Shown: positions 50,929 to 60,923, numbered from the stretch's first letter. The stretch is 64,000 nucleotides of DNA from a bacterium (GCA_963693055.1 OY843751.1:928001-992000), one strand, 5' to 3'. The notes: generated by a model from the sequence alone, not told the origin. Program-made: numbers and translations.

Positions 50929-53900
50929 ATGTTGAAAAAAACGACAACCCTCACTTTTCAGATTGCTATTGCGGTCCTCCTGAGTCTTACCGCATTTGCA
51001 TTTGCGCAAACCAGTACAGATGACTTTGACCGTCCTGATGGCGCTCTGGGTGCTAACTGGACCTCTGATACCGATCTGGTAATTGCAAGCGGAAAATTGC
51101 ATAACCAAAGTGCAGGTTCTGACTGGTTACTTGCTATATATGATGGCAATGGAACCGTCACTAATCCTGATGAGGTCACAATTAATTGGGCTACTACCGG
51201 TGACGGAGTACAATGGGGTGGCGCAGCATTTGTGAATACCAATGCATCCGTTGGGGCTGCAAACGGTTACCTGGTCCAATATCGGCTCAGCTCTCCTAAC
51301 AAAATCCGTTTATGGAAAATTACTTCCGGCGCATTGGATGTAGGTGCAGGTATTGTTGATGAAGTAACCGCATCCGGTTCTGCTCCCACTGCTGATGCTC
51401 CTTTGAAAGTGAATCTTGACCCTGCAACCTACACATTACAGGTTTATGTGGATGATGTGATTGCCGGATCAGTTCAAGATGCAGGTGCTTCATATGATCT
51501 GACCAATCGTTTTGGTGCTGTGGTACTGGCAAGTGGTTCAAGCCTGAATAATGATGTTGAAGATTTTACCGTTGGCATTGAAACTCCGGACAATATTGCA
51601 CCCAATGCAGTGTCTGATTTGAGTGCAACAGCTACCGGAGCTTCTACAGTATTGCTGGAATGGACAGCAAGCGGAGATGACGGAGCTACCGGGCAGGCTT
51701 CACAATATGATATTCGTTATTCAACAAGTCCTATTGCCACCAATACAGACTTTTCAAATGCACAACAAGTAAACGGAGAACCTACACCTCAGATAACCGG
51801 CTCTGACGAGTCTTTTGTTGTGAATGGATTGAATGCCAGCACCACTTATTATTTTTGTCTAAAGGTTGGTGATGATAATGGCAACTTTTCTGCTATTTCG
51901 AATTCAACCTATGCCGCTACAGAAGAAAGTGGCGGGACAGGCAGCGAAGGTGGATTACTAACAGTCACAGATGATTTTGAACGTGCTGATTTGGGTACCA
52001 GTTGGGCTGCAACAGCCAAACACCAAATCAAAAATGGTACGTTAGATGTTATTGATGGTACATCAACAGACTGGAATAACCTTGCCGTATATAAAGGTAA
52101 CCGTTCAGTGAGTCCTGCGGGTGTTTCAATTTGGCTGGATGATACGGAATGTAGTGCTAGTGGTGCGCTGGCTGTAGGTACAGCTATTTTGCTGGATTCC
52201 CCTTCAAGTAGTGCCAGTGGTTATTTTATTTTACGACGTACCAGCAGTCTTGAATTGTGGGATTTAAGCAATGGTGTTGTTGGAGCAGGTGGACGTTTGG
52301 CACGTGATTCCAATCCAGACCAACCTGATCCTACTCCTGGAGATAGAATTAAGGTCATGGTAACCGGTGATGACGATACCGGTACTATTACTATAGATGT
52401 ATATGTAAATGATTATATGGACGGACAGTTTATATTAAATGGTACCGAACCCTCTACCTGGTATGCAGGTGTTTTTCAACATGGTTCTTATGCAAATAAT
52501 ATAGATGCTTTTACTATATATTCTGATGGCAGCAGTGCTGAAATGATCAGTGAATATTATGGAAATGGCCAGGCTGGTCCTATTCAGGCAACTTTGAGTG
52601 ATTCCATTGCCGTTCAGGTTACCGATGGTTTGGGTAATCCTGCAGCGGGCACTGTTGTTAATTTTGATATTGTAAATGGTGATGCTACACTGAGTATTGA
52701 TAGTTATGATTACGGCGGTTTGATCTGGAAAGAAGTTGAAGATGGTGCTATTCTTTCTCCTGCTGTTACTCAGGCAGATGCAAACGCCTCAAATGGTACT
52801 TTTGTATTAACTCCTAATGATATACAATACTCCCGACAGGGTGGTTCGGTTATGAACCTGTATGTTCCTGAAGCGGGTAATTTTAATGTATGGTTACGTG
52901 TAATTGCTCCTTCGTCCACCTCAAATAGTTTGTTTTTGCGGGTTAATGATGGCGATACAACAGAAGTGAAATGGGGTAACACCTGGACTTCCTGGCGTTG
53001 GGAGATGCTTAAAAATATTAGTCTGGCAAAAGGATTTAACCAGGTCAGTATTTTAACACGTGAAGAAGGTACACAATTTGACAAGATTGTGCTTGCTGAA
53101 ACCACCAAGCAGCCCGGTTACACACCTACGGGAACGGGCGGTTCAGGATCAACTTTGCCAAACGTTACGGATGTGAATGGTATTGCATATACATTTGTAA
53201 CCTTTTTAACCAATGCTGACGATGATGTTGTAATTGAAGCTTCTGCTTTTAAAGATGATGGCTCAACTGCATTAACCGGCTCTCCGGTAACATTTACTCT
53301 TGATCCTATATCAGGTTCCGCTGTTTCTATTGTCAGAGACCCCGCGCAGCCGGATACTCTTTTGGGTGAACCCATTCAGCAAATGACAACGCCATTGCGT
53401 GCCTATGTACGAGATTCTTTTGGCAATGGTGTTAGCGGTGTTTCTGTAAGTTGGGCGATTACAGAAGGAACCGGTACTTTATCTTCATCTCAAAATACAA
53501 CGGGTAATACTGGTACTTCTGAGACCTATTTAACGTTGTCAGCACAAAATACACCTTATACTATACAGGCAACAGCTGCAGGTCTTTCCGGATCTCCGGT
53601 CAGTTTTTATGTAAAACCGGGTGATCCCCCAACGGAAATACAGCAAACCAATCCTACAACACAGGTAGCTGGTGATGCTGGTGTTGAATTGACAGAAATT
53701 TTAACAGTTCGCGTAATTACCGAAGATGGTACGCCATTTCCGGGTTTTCCGGTAAATTATGTAGTAACCGAAGGTGATGGAGCACTGAGTTCTGAACTTG
53801 GCTCTGAAAACGCTACTGAAATACAGATCCTTTCTGATGAAAACGGTTATGCCCGCGCGCGTTGGGTATTGGGAGATGAACCCGGTCTCAATCGTGTTGA

Positions 53901-56900
53901 AGCACAAGCAGAAGGATTGACCAACAGTCCAATTTTATTTGAAGCTTTGGGTGAAATTGGCGATCCTTCCTTATTAACCATTATTGATGGTAATAATCAA
54001 TCTGGTCCTTTGGGACTTGCATTGCAAGAACCTTTTATTGTTAAATTAACTGATCAGGTTGGTAATGGTATCCCAAATCAGAATATAGAATATCGTATAC
54101 TTCAAGGTTCTGGTGCAACGTTGGGATCTTCAGGATTAACAGTTCGGAACGTAAAAACTGATGCAGAAGGTGTTGCCCGGGATACGTTGGTGATTGGTAA
54201 TCAGGTAGGCCAAACACACCAGGTGCAGGTATCTGTTGCAGGTAATTCTTCGGTATCCGCTCAAATCTTTTATGCAACTGCTACAGCAGCAATTGCAAGT
54301 GAAATTGTCTATGTTTCTGGTAATGGTGTCAAAGTCGGAACCGCTTATAATTATCAGAGTTCTACCGTGAATACTACATTGGCTCAGGACTTTATCGTTC
54401 AGGTGAATGGTCCTTTTGGTAATGATCCTATTGCCGGCCATGCGGTTACATTTAGAGTTGTAAGCGGTGGTGGTAATTTTTATGGTAATAACAGTACAAC
54501 AGTCAGTACCGGTCCTGATGGAAGAGCGTCTGCAAGACTGACATTGGGTTCTGTAGCTGGCGACAGTGTGCACATAGTTGAAGCTACGGCAAACCGTGTT
54601 GATAATACAACCTTGATGTTAAACAATGCTCCCATCATCTTTAAAGCTGATGGGACGGCATCTGATCCCAACAAGATCACCAAAATGGACTCTACAGACA
54701 ACCAAACCGGTATTGTTGGCGATCCGCTTACTAAACAGGTTCAGGCACTAGTTTCTGATATTTATGGTAATCCTATTAGTGGTCACCAGGTGACTTTTCA
54801 GATTATAAATAATGGTGGCGCATTGCAGGGCTCTACCGGTGAACCGGCTCAGGCCAAACAGGTAACGACCAACGCAAAAGGTATTGCTTCCATTATTTGG
54901 GTTATGCCCACTACACCCGGTCAGGTCCAGATGCAGGCTTTTGCAACAACTGCTACAAGCAATCCTTTGACGGGCAGCCCCATTACATACACCGCTTATG
55001 CCGGCGTTGATGCTGCATATGAAATGGTCAGAGTAACCGGTCAAGATTTGTCTGGTATTGTGGGACAACCACTTGCAGAAAATGCAAGCGTGAAAATTGT
55101 TGATCAATACTCGAATGCAGTTTCCAGTTACCCTGTAACCTTTACCATTACCGATGGTAATGGTCTTGTGAATGGCAGCAATCAGGTTACCGTTCAAACC
55201 GGCACGAATGGAATTGCTTCAGTAGAGTGGACATTGGGTACCGAAAGTGGTTTTGAAAATAATGCTATGGAAGCCACTTCTAGTGTATCAATGAATAATA
55301 AAGAAACCTTTACCGCATCCGGATTGGCTGATGTAGCTTTCCGTATGATTGCGGATTCAACCTATGATACCTTTGGTATTGTAGGCGAGTTGCTGGATAC
55401 ACCCATCAAGGTATTGATTGTTGACCAGTACGATAACCCTGTTGCGGACTATCCCGTAACATTTGAAATTGATGATATTGATGATAATGTAGGTTTTATT
55501 GAAACTGAAGGTACCTTGTCGAAAGTAGAGTCTACTGATGATGACGGTTATGCTCAAATTCGTTGGGGATTGGGACCAAATCCTGGTTCTCAAAACAACA
55601 AACTGACCGTTACTACTAAACGGAATAACATTCATTTAATCAATTCTCCTTATAATGGATTTGTAGTTTCCGCACAGGCGGGTAACGCTTACCAAGTAAT
55701 CAAAGTAACCGATGATGTAACCAAAGAGCTTAGCTCTGTTCATGGCAGCACTTTGCCCGAATATTTAAAGGTCAAGGTTGTTGATAAATTTGGAACTCCT
55801 ATCGCAAGACATCCGGTAACATTCCAGGTATTGAGCCGACTGGTTGCTGATGGTGGTACCCTTGACGGCAGTGTAGATACCGTAAAGGTTAAAGAGACGG
55901 ATTCTAATGGTATTGCATCTGTACAGTTTACTTTGGGTCTGAATGCCGGAAGCAAGATTAATCAGGTCCAGTATGTTGCTGAATTAAATGGCGAGAACCT
56001 TGAAGGCTCACCAGGCACATTCGAGATAACTGGTCTGTCTTCTACCGCCACCCAAATTGTCAAGGTAGCTGGTGATGAACAGCCAGACGGTATTGTGGGC
56101 CAGTTCTGGGATATTCCATTGCAGGTTGCTGCTAAAGATAAAAATGGAAACTATGTTGCCGGACAACCGGTCAGTTTCAAGATTTTACCCAAAGAGGATT
56201 TAATTGAAGAAACACTGGGTTCGTTGGGCGCCGGAACTGCAACCGATACTACGATTTTAACCAACGCTGAAGGACTTGCCATTATTAACTGGCGTGCTGG
56301 TCATCTGGTTGGTGAATATCAGGTCCAGGTTACTTCCTTTGCACTTGCAGAACTTGCCGGTTCACCCATGACTTTTACTGCGACTGCTTTTGCAGAAACC
56401 ACAGACGCAGACCAGTCCATGATTTCAGTCAATCCGGACAGTCTGAATGTTTCTGATGGTTCAATCAGATCTACAATCGTAGTAACATTAAAAGATAAAT
56501 ATGGTAATCCGGTTCAAAACAAGGGTGTTACTTTACAAGCCTCCGGAACCGGTAATATCATCACACAACCGGCTACAGCATCTAATTCAAATGGTCAGGT
56601 AACCGGTTATATTGCATCTGAAAATTCTGGCTTGAAAAATATTTCAGCCCGCGATATTAATAATGAAGTTGATATGGTAGACAAGGCCCAGGTTTATTTC
56701 CGTGCTTCCGAAGCAGACAGGATTGTTAAACATCCGACTGCGAATGGAGACGGACAAAAACGTAACGTGGGTACAGTACTTGAAAATCCACTTCAGGTTG
56801 TTGTTGAAGATTCGTACGGCAACCCCATTCCCAATTTCCCGGTAGTGTTTACAGTTACAGGAGCACAAACGGGTGGTCAGATTGTTGAAAATGTAAATGT

Positions 56901-59154
56901 AACAACTGATGAAAATGGTGTTGCATCTCGTTATTACAGACTTGGTACGGTTAAAGGTATAAATACAATCCAGGTGACTGCACAGGGCATATCCGGTTCT
57001 TCGGTGATTTTCAATGTTGAAAGTGATAATCCCGTTGATTTGCAGAAACCCGTAATTGTAAGTGGTGACAGCGCTCGTGTTTCTCCTGCCCAGCCATTGC
57101 CCGAAGACCTGGTTGTTCAAGTTGTAGATGAACGCGGTTGGCCGGTTTGGAATGAAGGTGTATTGTTTGAAGCATTGAGTACAAACGATGGTCAAATAAC
57201 CAGTAGTAATCCACACAATACCGATTGGTATGGATACGCACGCGCGCAAGCCCAGGTTGGTACCAAAGTGGGTATTAATCTCTTTAGCGCAAAACTTGAA
57301 GAATATCCTGGTAAAGGTACAGTTACATTCTATGCATGGACTGTATCTGCATCTACTGCCAAGTATCTTACTTTTGTAAGCGGACCTACCAGTGGTGTTG
57401 TAGGTCAATCTTTGAGTAGTCCGGTCATTATGAAAACTACGGATGAATATGACAACCCGGTACAGAATGTTACCGTAACATTCCTGGTTGTGGATGATGC
57501 CAGTGTTGACGGTGCAGGTACTTTGCAAGGTGGATTGAAATCCGTAACAAAACAAACAGACAGTAATGGTGAAGTAAGTATATTTTATACACTGGATACA
57601 GTAAGCGGAATAAACAAGATCCGTGTATCTTCATTAAATCTTGAACCCAGTAGTTATGTGGTAACCATAACAGGTAATGCGGATTCACCCTACCGTATGG
57701 AGAAATTCTCTGGTGATAATCAGCGTGGTGAAATGAGTAAACACTTGTTTAATCCTATCTATGTTATGGTACGTGACAGATACGGCAACCCGGCTCCTGG
57801 TGGTGTTGTGACCTTTACCGTAACTCAGGGTGATGGCAGCATCGATGGCGATCAATCCGTACAATCCAATTCAAACGGTCTTGCCAGAGCATACTGGGTA
57901 TTAGGCCCGCGTCCATATGCTGTAAACAACAGTGTTCAGGTTACCAGCTCTTATTTGCAGGGAGGTCCTTTGACTTTTAATGCAACAGGAGATGATCAAA
58001 ATTATCCTGAATTCTCATCATTGCCAAGTAATGTTGAAGTATTTGAGCTTGCAAATATAAGGCTCGAAATTTCAGCTACTGATGAAGATGGCGAAAACGT
58101 ATTCTATAACTCTCAGAATCTGCCATCAGGTGCAAGCTTTGAGATGGAAAGTAACAACAAGTACTATTTCAAATGGACACCGGGACTTGATGTTGTAAAC
58201 AGTCCGGATGTCAGCCAGACATTCTACCCGATCTTTATTGCTCAGGATGATCATGATCCCTCTGGTCGTGTAAAGGATTCGGTCAAAGTTGTAATCAAAA
58301 ATTACAACCGTCCGCCCGAAATTACTAAATATACACCGGAAGCTTCCAGCTTGGATTGGAATCAGGATGAAGTAGCGAGTATTTCTTTTAGTATTGAAAC
58401 CAATGATCTGGATAATGATCCTTTGACTGTTACCTGGTATGTGGGAGACACCCAGGTTGAAGAAGGTCATAATTTGACATTGACTAGTGGTGATTATGAA
58501 AATGGTGTCTATACTGTTAAAGTTAGCGTGAGTGATCAGTTTGCGACCACTGAAAAGTTATGGCAGGTTACTACATCATTAGTCGAGTTGAGTAGTTTTA
58601 GCGCTGTTTCTGAACCTTATAAAGGGATTACCGTTGAGTGGGAAACAGCATCAGAAATTGCAACCGCTGGATTCAATGTATTACGGAGTCTTTCAGAAAC
58701 CGGTACATTTGAAAAAATCAACGAGGATATGATTCTGCCCAACAAGGAAAAGATCTATAGTATTCAGGATAAAGAAGTTCAATCCGGGCAGACCTATTAT
58801 TACAAGCTTGAAGATGTTAGCCTTAGCGGACTTGCAACCCATCATGGTCCTATCTCTGTAGAGGCGCCGGTTCCGAAAAAGTTCTCGTTATCTCAGAACT
58901 ATCCGAATCCGTTTAACCCGGTTACGACTATCCAGTTCGAGCTGCCTAAACATACAGATGTTACCATAGAGGTCTATAATATTATGGGACAAATGGTGAA
59001 TCAACTGATCAATACTCGATTTGAAGCCGGATACCACACCGTTCAATGGGATGGTACAAATTCGAATGGTATGCGGGTTGGTTCAGGTGTTTACTATTAC
59101 CGAATTATAGCCGGAGATTTCAAGAATGTTAAAAAGATGGTATTGTTGAAATAA
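50929..59154 (+). CDS. Giant (2741 aa) secreted adhesin-like protein: 2 DDF(D/E)R lectin-like domains, FN3, ~15 Big_1/invasin-type Ig repeats, CBM-like insert, cadherin-like domains, FlgD-Ig/T9SS-type C-terminal sorting domain
   Basis: GGAGGT RBS, signal peptide, WTASGDDG..YDIRYS FN3, repeated GD.Q.G.VG..L..PL.V.V.D.YGNPV, VELSSFSA, LSQNYPNPFNPVTTI...GVYYYRI...KKMVLLK. Confidence 0.9.
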   Translation: MLKKTTTLTFQIAIAVLLSLTAFAFAQTSTDDFDRPDGALGANWTSDTDLVIASGKLHNQSAGSDWLLAIYDGNGTVTNPDEVTINWATTGDGVQWGGAAFVNTNASVGAANGYLVQYRLSSPNKIRLWKITSGALDVGAGIVDEVTASGSAPTADAPLKVNLDPATYTLQVYVDDVIAGSVQDAGASYDLTNRFGAVVLASGSSLNNDVEDFTVGIETPDNIAPNAVSDLSATATGASTVLLEWTASGDDGATGQASQYDIRYSTSPIATNTDFSNAQQVNGEPTPQITGSDESFVVNGLNASTTYYFCLKVGDDNGNFSAISNSTYAATEESGGTGSEGGLLTVTDDFERADLGTSWAATAKHQIKNGTLDVIDGTSTDWNNLAVYKGNRSVSPAGVSIWLDDTECSASGALAVGTAILLDSPSSSASGYFILRRTSSLELWDLSNGVVGAGGRLARDSNPDQPDPTPGDRIKVMVTGDDDTGTITIDVYVNDYMDGQFILNGTEPSTWYAGVFQHGSYANNIDAFTIYSDGSSAEMISEYYGNGQAGPIQATLSDSIAVQVTDGLGNPAAGTVVNFDIVNGDATLSIDSYDYGGLIWKEVEDGAILSPAVTQADANASNGTFVLTPNDIQYSRQGGSVMNLYVPEAGNFNVWLRVIAPSSTSNSLFLRVNDGDTTEVKWGNTWTSWRWEMLKNISLAKGFNQVSILTREEGTQFDKIVLAETTKQPGYTPTGTGGSGSTLPNVTDVNGIAYTFVTFLTNADDDVVIEASAFKDDGSTALTGSPVTFTLDPISGSAVSIVRDPAQPDTLLGEPIQQMTTPLRAYVRDSFGNGVSGVSVSWAITEGTGTLSSSQNTTGNTGTSETYLTLSAQNTPYTIQATAAGLSGSPVSFYVKPGDPPTEIQQTNPTTQVAGDAGVELTEILTVRVITEDGTPFPGFPVNYVVTEGDGALSSELGSENATEIQILSDENGYARARWVLGDEPGLNRVEAQAEGLTNSPILFEALGEIGDPSLLTIIDGNNQSGPLGLALQEPFIVKLTDQVGNGIPNQNIEYRILQGSGATLGSSGLTVRNVKTDAEGVARDTLVIGNQVGQTHQVQVSVAGNSSVSAQIFYATATAAIASEIVYVSGNGVKVGTAYNYQSSTVNTTLAQDFIVQVNGPFGNDPIAGHAVTFRVVSGGGNFYGNNSTTVSTGPDGRASARLTLGSVAGDSVHIVEATANRVDNTTLMLNNAPIIFKADGTASDPNKITKMDSTDNQTGIVGDPLTKQVQALVSDIYGNPISGHQVTFQIINNGGALQGSTGEPAQAKQVTTNAKGIASIIWVMPTTPGQVQMQAFATTATSNPLTGSPITYTAYAGVDAAYEMVRVTGQDLSGIVGQPLAENASVKIVDQYSNAVSSYPVTFTITDGNGLVNGSNQVTVQTGTNGIASVEWTLGTESGFENNAMEATSSVSMNNKETFTASGLADVAFRMIADSTYDTFGIVGELLDTPIKVLIVDQYDNPVADYPVTFEIDDIDDNVGFIETEGTLSKVESTDDDGYAQIRWGLGPNPGSQNNKLTVTTKRNNIHLINSPYNGFVVSAQAGNAYQVIKVTDDVTKELSSVHGSTLPEYLKVKVVDKFGTPIARHPVTFQVLSRLVADGGTLDGSVDTVKVKETDSNGIASVQFTLGLNAGSKINQVQYVAELNGENLEGSPGTFEITGLSSTATQIVKVAGDEQPDGIVGQFWDIPLQVAAKDKNGNYVAGQPVSFKILPKEDLIEETLGSLGAGTATDTTILTNAEGLAIINWRAGHLVGEYQVQVTSFALAELAGSPMTFTATAFAETTDADQSMISVNPDSLNVSDGSIRSTIVVTLKDKYGNPVQNKGVTLQASGTGNIITQPATASNSNGQVTGYIASENSGLKNISARDINNEVDMVDKAQVYFRASEADRIVKHPTANGDGQKRNVGTVLENPLQVVVEDSYGNPIPNFPVVFTVTGAQTGGQIVENVNVTTDENGVASRYYRLGTVKGINTIQVTAQGISGSSVIFNVESDNPVDLQKPVIVSGDSARVSPAQPLPEDLVVQVVDERGWPVWNEGVLFEALSTNDGQITSSNPHNTDWYGYARAQAQVGTKVGINLFSAKLEEYPGKGTVTFYAWTVSASTAKYLTFVSGPTSGVVGQSLSSPVIMKTTDEYDNPVQNVTVTFLVVDDASVDGAGTLQGGLKSVTKQTDSNGEVSIFYTLDTVSGINKIRVSSLNLEPSSYVVTITGNADSPYRMEKFSGDNQRGEMSKHLFNPIYVMVRDRYGNPAPGGVVTFTVTQGDGSIDGDQSVQSNSNGLARAYWVLGPRPYAVNNSVQVTSSYLQGGPLTFNATGDDQNYPEFSSLPSNVEVFELANIRLEISATDEDGENVFYNSQNLPSGASFEMESNNKYYFKWTPGLDVVNSPDVSQTFYPIFIAQDDHDPSGRVKDSVKVVIKNYNRPPEITKYTPEASSLDWNQDEVASISFSIETNDLDNDPLTVTWYVGDTQVEEGHNLTLTSGDYENGVYTVKVSVSDQFATTEKLWQVTTSLVELSSFSAVSEPYKGITVEWETASEIATAGFNVLRSLSETGTFEKINEDMILPNKEKIYSIQDKEVQSGQTYYYKLEDVSLSGLATHHGPISVEAPVPKKFSLSQNYPNPFNPVTTIQFELPKHTDVTIEVYNIMGQMVNQLINTRFEAGYHTVQWDGTNSNGMRVGSGVYYYRIIAGDFKNVKKMVLLK

Positions 59155-59174
59155 GGAAAATTTTCCGGTAGGTT
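59155..59174 (+). repeat. Left terminal inverted repeat
   Basis: GGAAAATTTTCCGGTAGGTT; outer 12 bp palindromic. Confidence 0.82.
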
Positions 59175-59259
59175 TTGGAAAAAAGGCGGTTATTTCATAT
59201 AGTATTTACTAGAAGTAACCGGAAGTCAAACAAAGATTTCAAAACTTACCGGAGGACAA

Positions 59260-60087
59260 ATGTACAATACTCGTAGTAGTTTGTATGACAGGATATTAGA
59301 AAAAACACCCGAGCAAGTATTCATCAATTCTTTACGAAAAGAATTTGAATTATCACCGGCAGAAAGTAAAGGGATATTGGATTTAGCCAAGCAGTGTTTA
59401 TTTGGCGAGGTTCCCCAGACAGTTGGTAAAATAAAATATATCTGCGCATCCACCAAGGCAAAACATGGCAAGCCCCTGGGTGAGCAGGAATTGAAAGAAG
59501 TAGAGTTAACACTGGATGCCGGTGTAGAAGATTTAAATGTATTAAAAGAAAGCGGTCCCAAGGCACTGCGCCAGTTAAAGGTCTTACGATTGACCGAAGA
59601 AGCCTGGGATCAGGAAGGTTCTTTGACACAAGAGGATTTGGCCCGGATCCTCCAGGTTACGAGTCGCACTGTACGCCAGGATATAAAGTCTTTGCAGACT
59701 GATGGCAACTTTATTCACACGCGCGGAACAGACCATGACATCGGTCGGAGCTTGTCACACAAAAGCCACATTATTGAACTGTATTTGCAGGGAGACACAT
59801 ACGATGCAATTATTCGTAAAAGTCGTCATAGCGCGTTTTCAATAAAACGATATGTGTGCAGCTTTGGCAGGCTGTTGTTATTACTGAATCATGGTATGCA
59901 GGATATCAAAGAGATCAGTCGGTTATTAGGCCAAAGTGAGCGTTTGACCCGTGAGTACCTGGATATTTTTGAGCATCATAAACAGGGTGACAAATGGCCG
60001 CCGATCTATGTAGAGTTATTGGAGCAATTAAAGGTGTTATACCCCTCGAAAAAAAAACAAACCAAGGAGGGGATCGATGAAGACTAA
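59260..60087 (+). CDS. DUF1670-family HTH protein A (candidate transposition protein)
   Basis: GGAGG RBS; RLTEEAWDQEGSLTQEDLARILQVTSRTVRQDI (HTH), TRG..HDIG..LSHK..IIELYLQG, HS..SIKRY. Confidence 0.82.
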   Translation: MYNTRSSLYDRILEKTPEQVFINSLRKEFELSPAESKGILDLAKQCLFGEVPQTVGKIKYICASTKAKHGKPLGEQELKEVELTLDAGVEDLNVLKESGPKALRQLKVLRLTEEAWDQEGSLTQEDLARILQVTSRTVRQDIKSLQTDGNFIHTRGTDHDIGRSLSHKSHIIELYLQGDTYDAIIRKSRHSAFSIKRYVCSFGRLLLLLNHGMQDIKEISRLLGQSERLTREYLDIFEHHKQGDKWPPIYVELLEQLKVLYPSKKKQTKEGIDED

Positions 60088-60892
60088 GCCTTTAAATCGT
60101 TATGAATCAATAGCTAAGCGTAGCTTTCAAAATGCGATTATTCGATTACTGGAAGAAAATTATAAAATGCTGGGAAGCCACAAAGTCATCCGGATGATTG
60201 CAGAAGATATTGTCGCATTGCAAAATGAATTTTATCCAGAGCTGGAAAAGAAAAGTTTTGGTCAGATTATCTGGCGGACAACCAAAGCGACAAACCGAAA
60301 GCCAAGCTATGGCACAAAAGCGGAAGATTATGAGGTTCAGACAGTTGTGCTACCGTTGGTAACAGATGCGGATATTGACAATCGTATCAAAAGCCATTAT
60401 TCTTATCCCCCAAAAGATGGCAGTGCTAATTATGAAAAACAAACAGAACGGGATATTAAAGTAATGGCGCGGTTATGCAAGAGTGCGGCAGAACAGGGCG
60501 GCTGGTTGACAGGTGCAGAACTCAGTGTATTGTTGAATCGCTCATTAAACACTATTGGTCGGTATATGACAATTTATCATGAAACGCATGATGATATATT
60601 GCCGACTAAAGGAATGATGCTGGATCAGGGCAGTAAGCCGACGCATAAAGCCGCAATTATAGATTTGTACGAGCAGGGATATCCCGAACCGGATATCGCC
60701 CGGATTACAAATCACACAATTGAATCAACGAGTCGGTATTTAAAGAGTTACAAGAACGTAAAATCATTATTGGAAAAAGGTTTTAATTTAATGGAAATGG
60801 TAAGAATAACCGGATTAGGACGGAGTACAATATTACAATACCGTGATCTGGTTTATCATTATCATTCAGATTTAATACAAAAGAAAACTTGA
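60077..60892 (+). CDS. DUF1670-family HTH protein B (paralogue of A)
   Basis: AAGGAGG RBS, overlaps the A stop by 11 nt; RLCKSAAEQGGWLTGAELSVLLNRSLNTI, PTKG..LDQG..PTHK..IIDLYEQG, NHT.ESTSRY. Confidence 0.82.
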   Translation: MKTKPLNRYESIAKRSFQNAIIRLLEENYKMLGSHKVIRMIAEDIVALQNEFYPELEKKSFGQIIWRTTKATNRKPSYGTKAEDYEVQTVVLPLVTDADIDNRIKSHYSYPPKDGSANYEKQTERDIKVMARLCKSAAEQGGWLTGAELSVLLNRSLNTIGRYMTIYHETHDDILPTKGMMLDQGSKPTHKAAIIDLYEQGYPEPDIARITNHTIESTSRYLKSYKNVKSLLEKGFNLMEMVRITGLGRSTILQYRDLVYHYHSDLIQKKT

Positions 60893-60923
60893 AAATTTGA
60901 AAAGGAATTAATAGGTTAGGTTG

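Noticed and set aside
56644-57555. 303-aa antisense ORF (and many 60-180 aa shadow ORFs across the window)
   Set aside because: They lie opposite or inside well-supported genes, have no motifs or RBS, and are explained by codon bias of the sense gene
59260-60892. DUF1670 pair as ordinary transcription regulators or a toxin-antitoxin pair
   Set aside because: The TIRs, TAA duplication and position between a stop codon and its terminator are better explained by a mobile element; the two proteins are similar-sized paralogues
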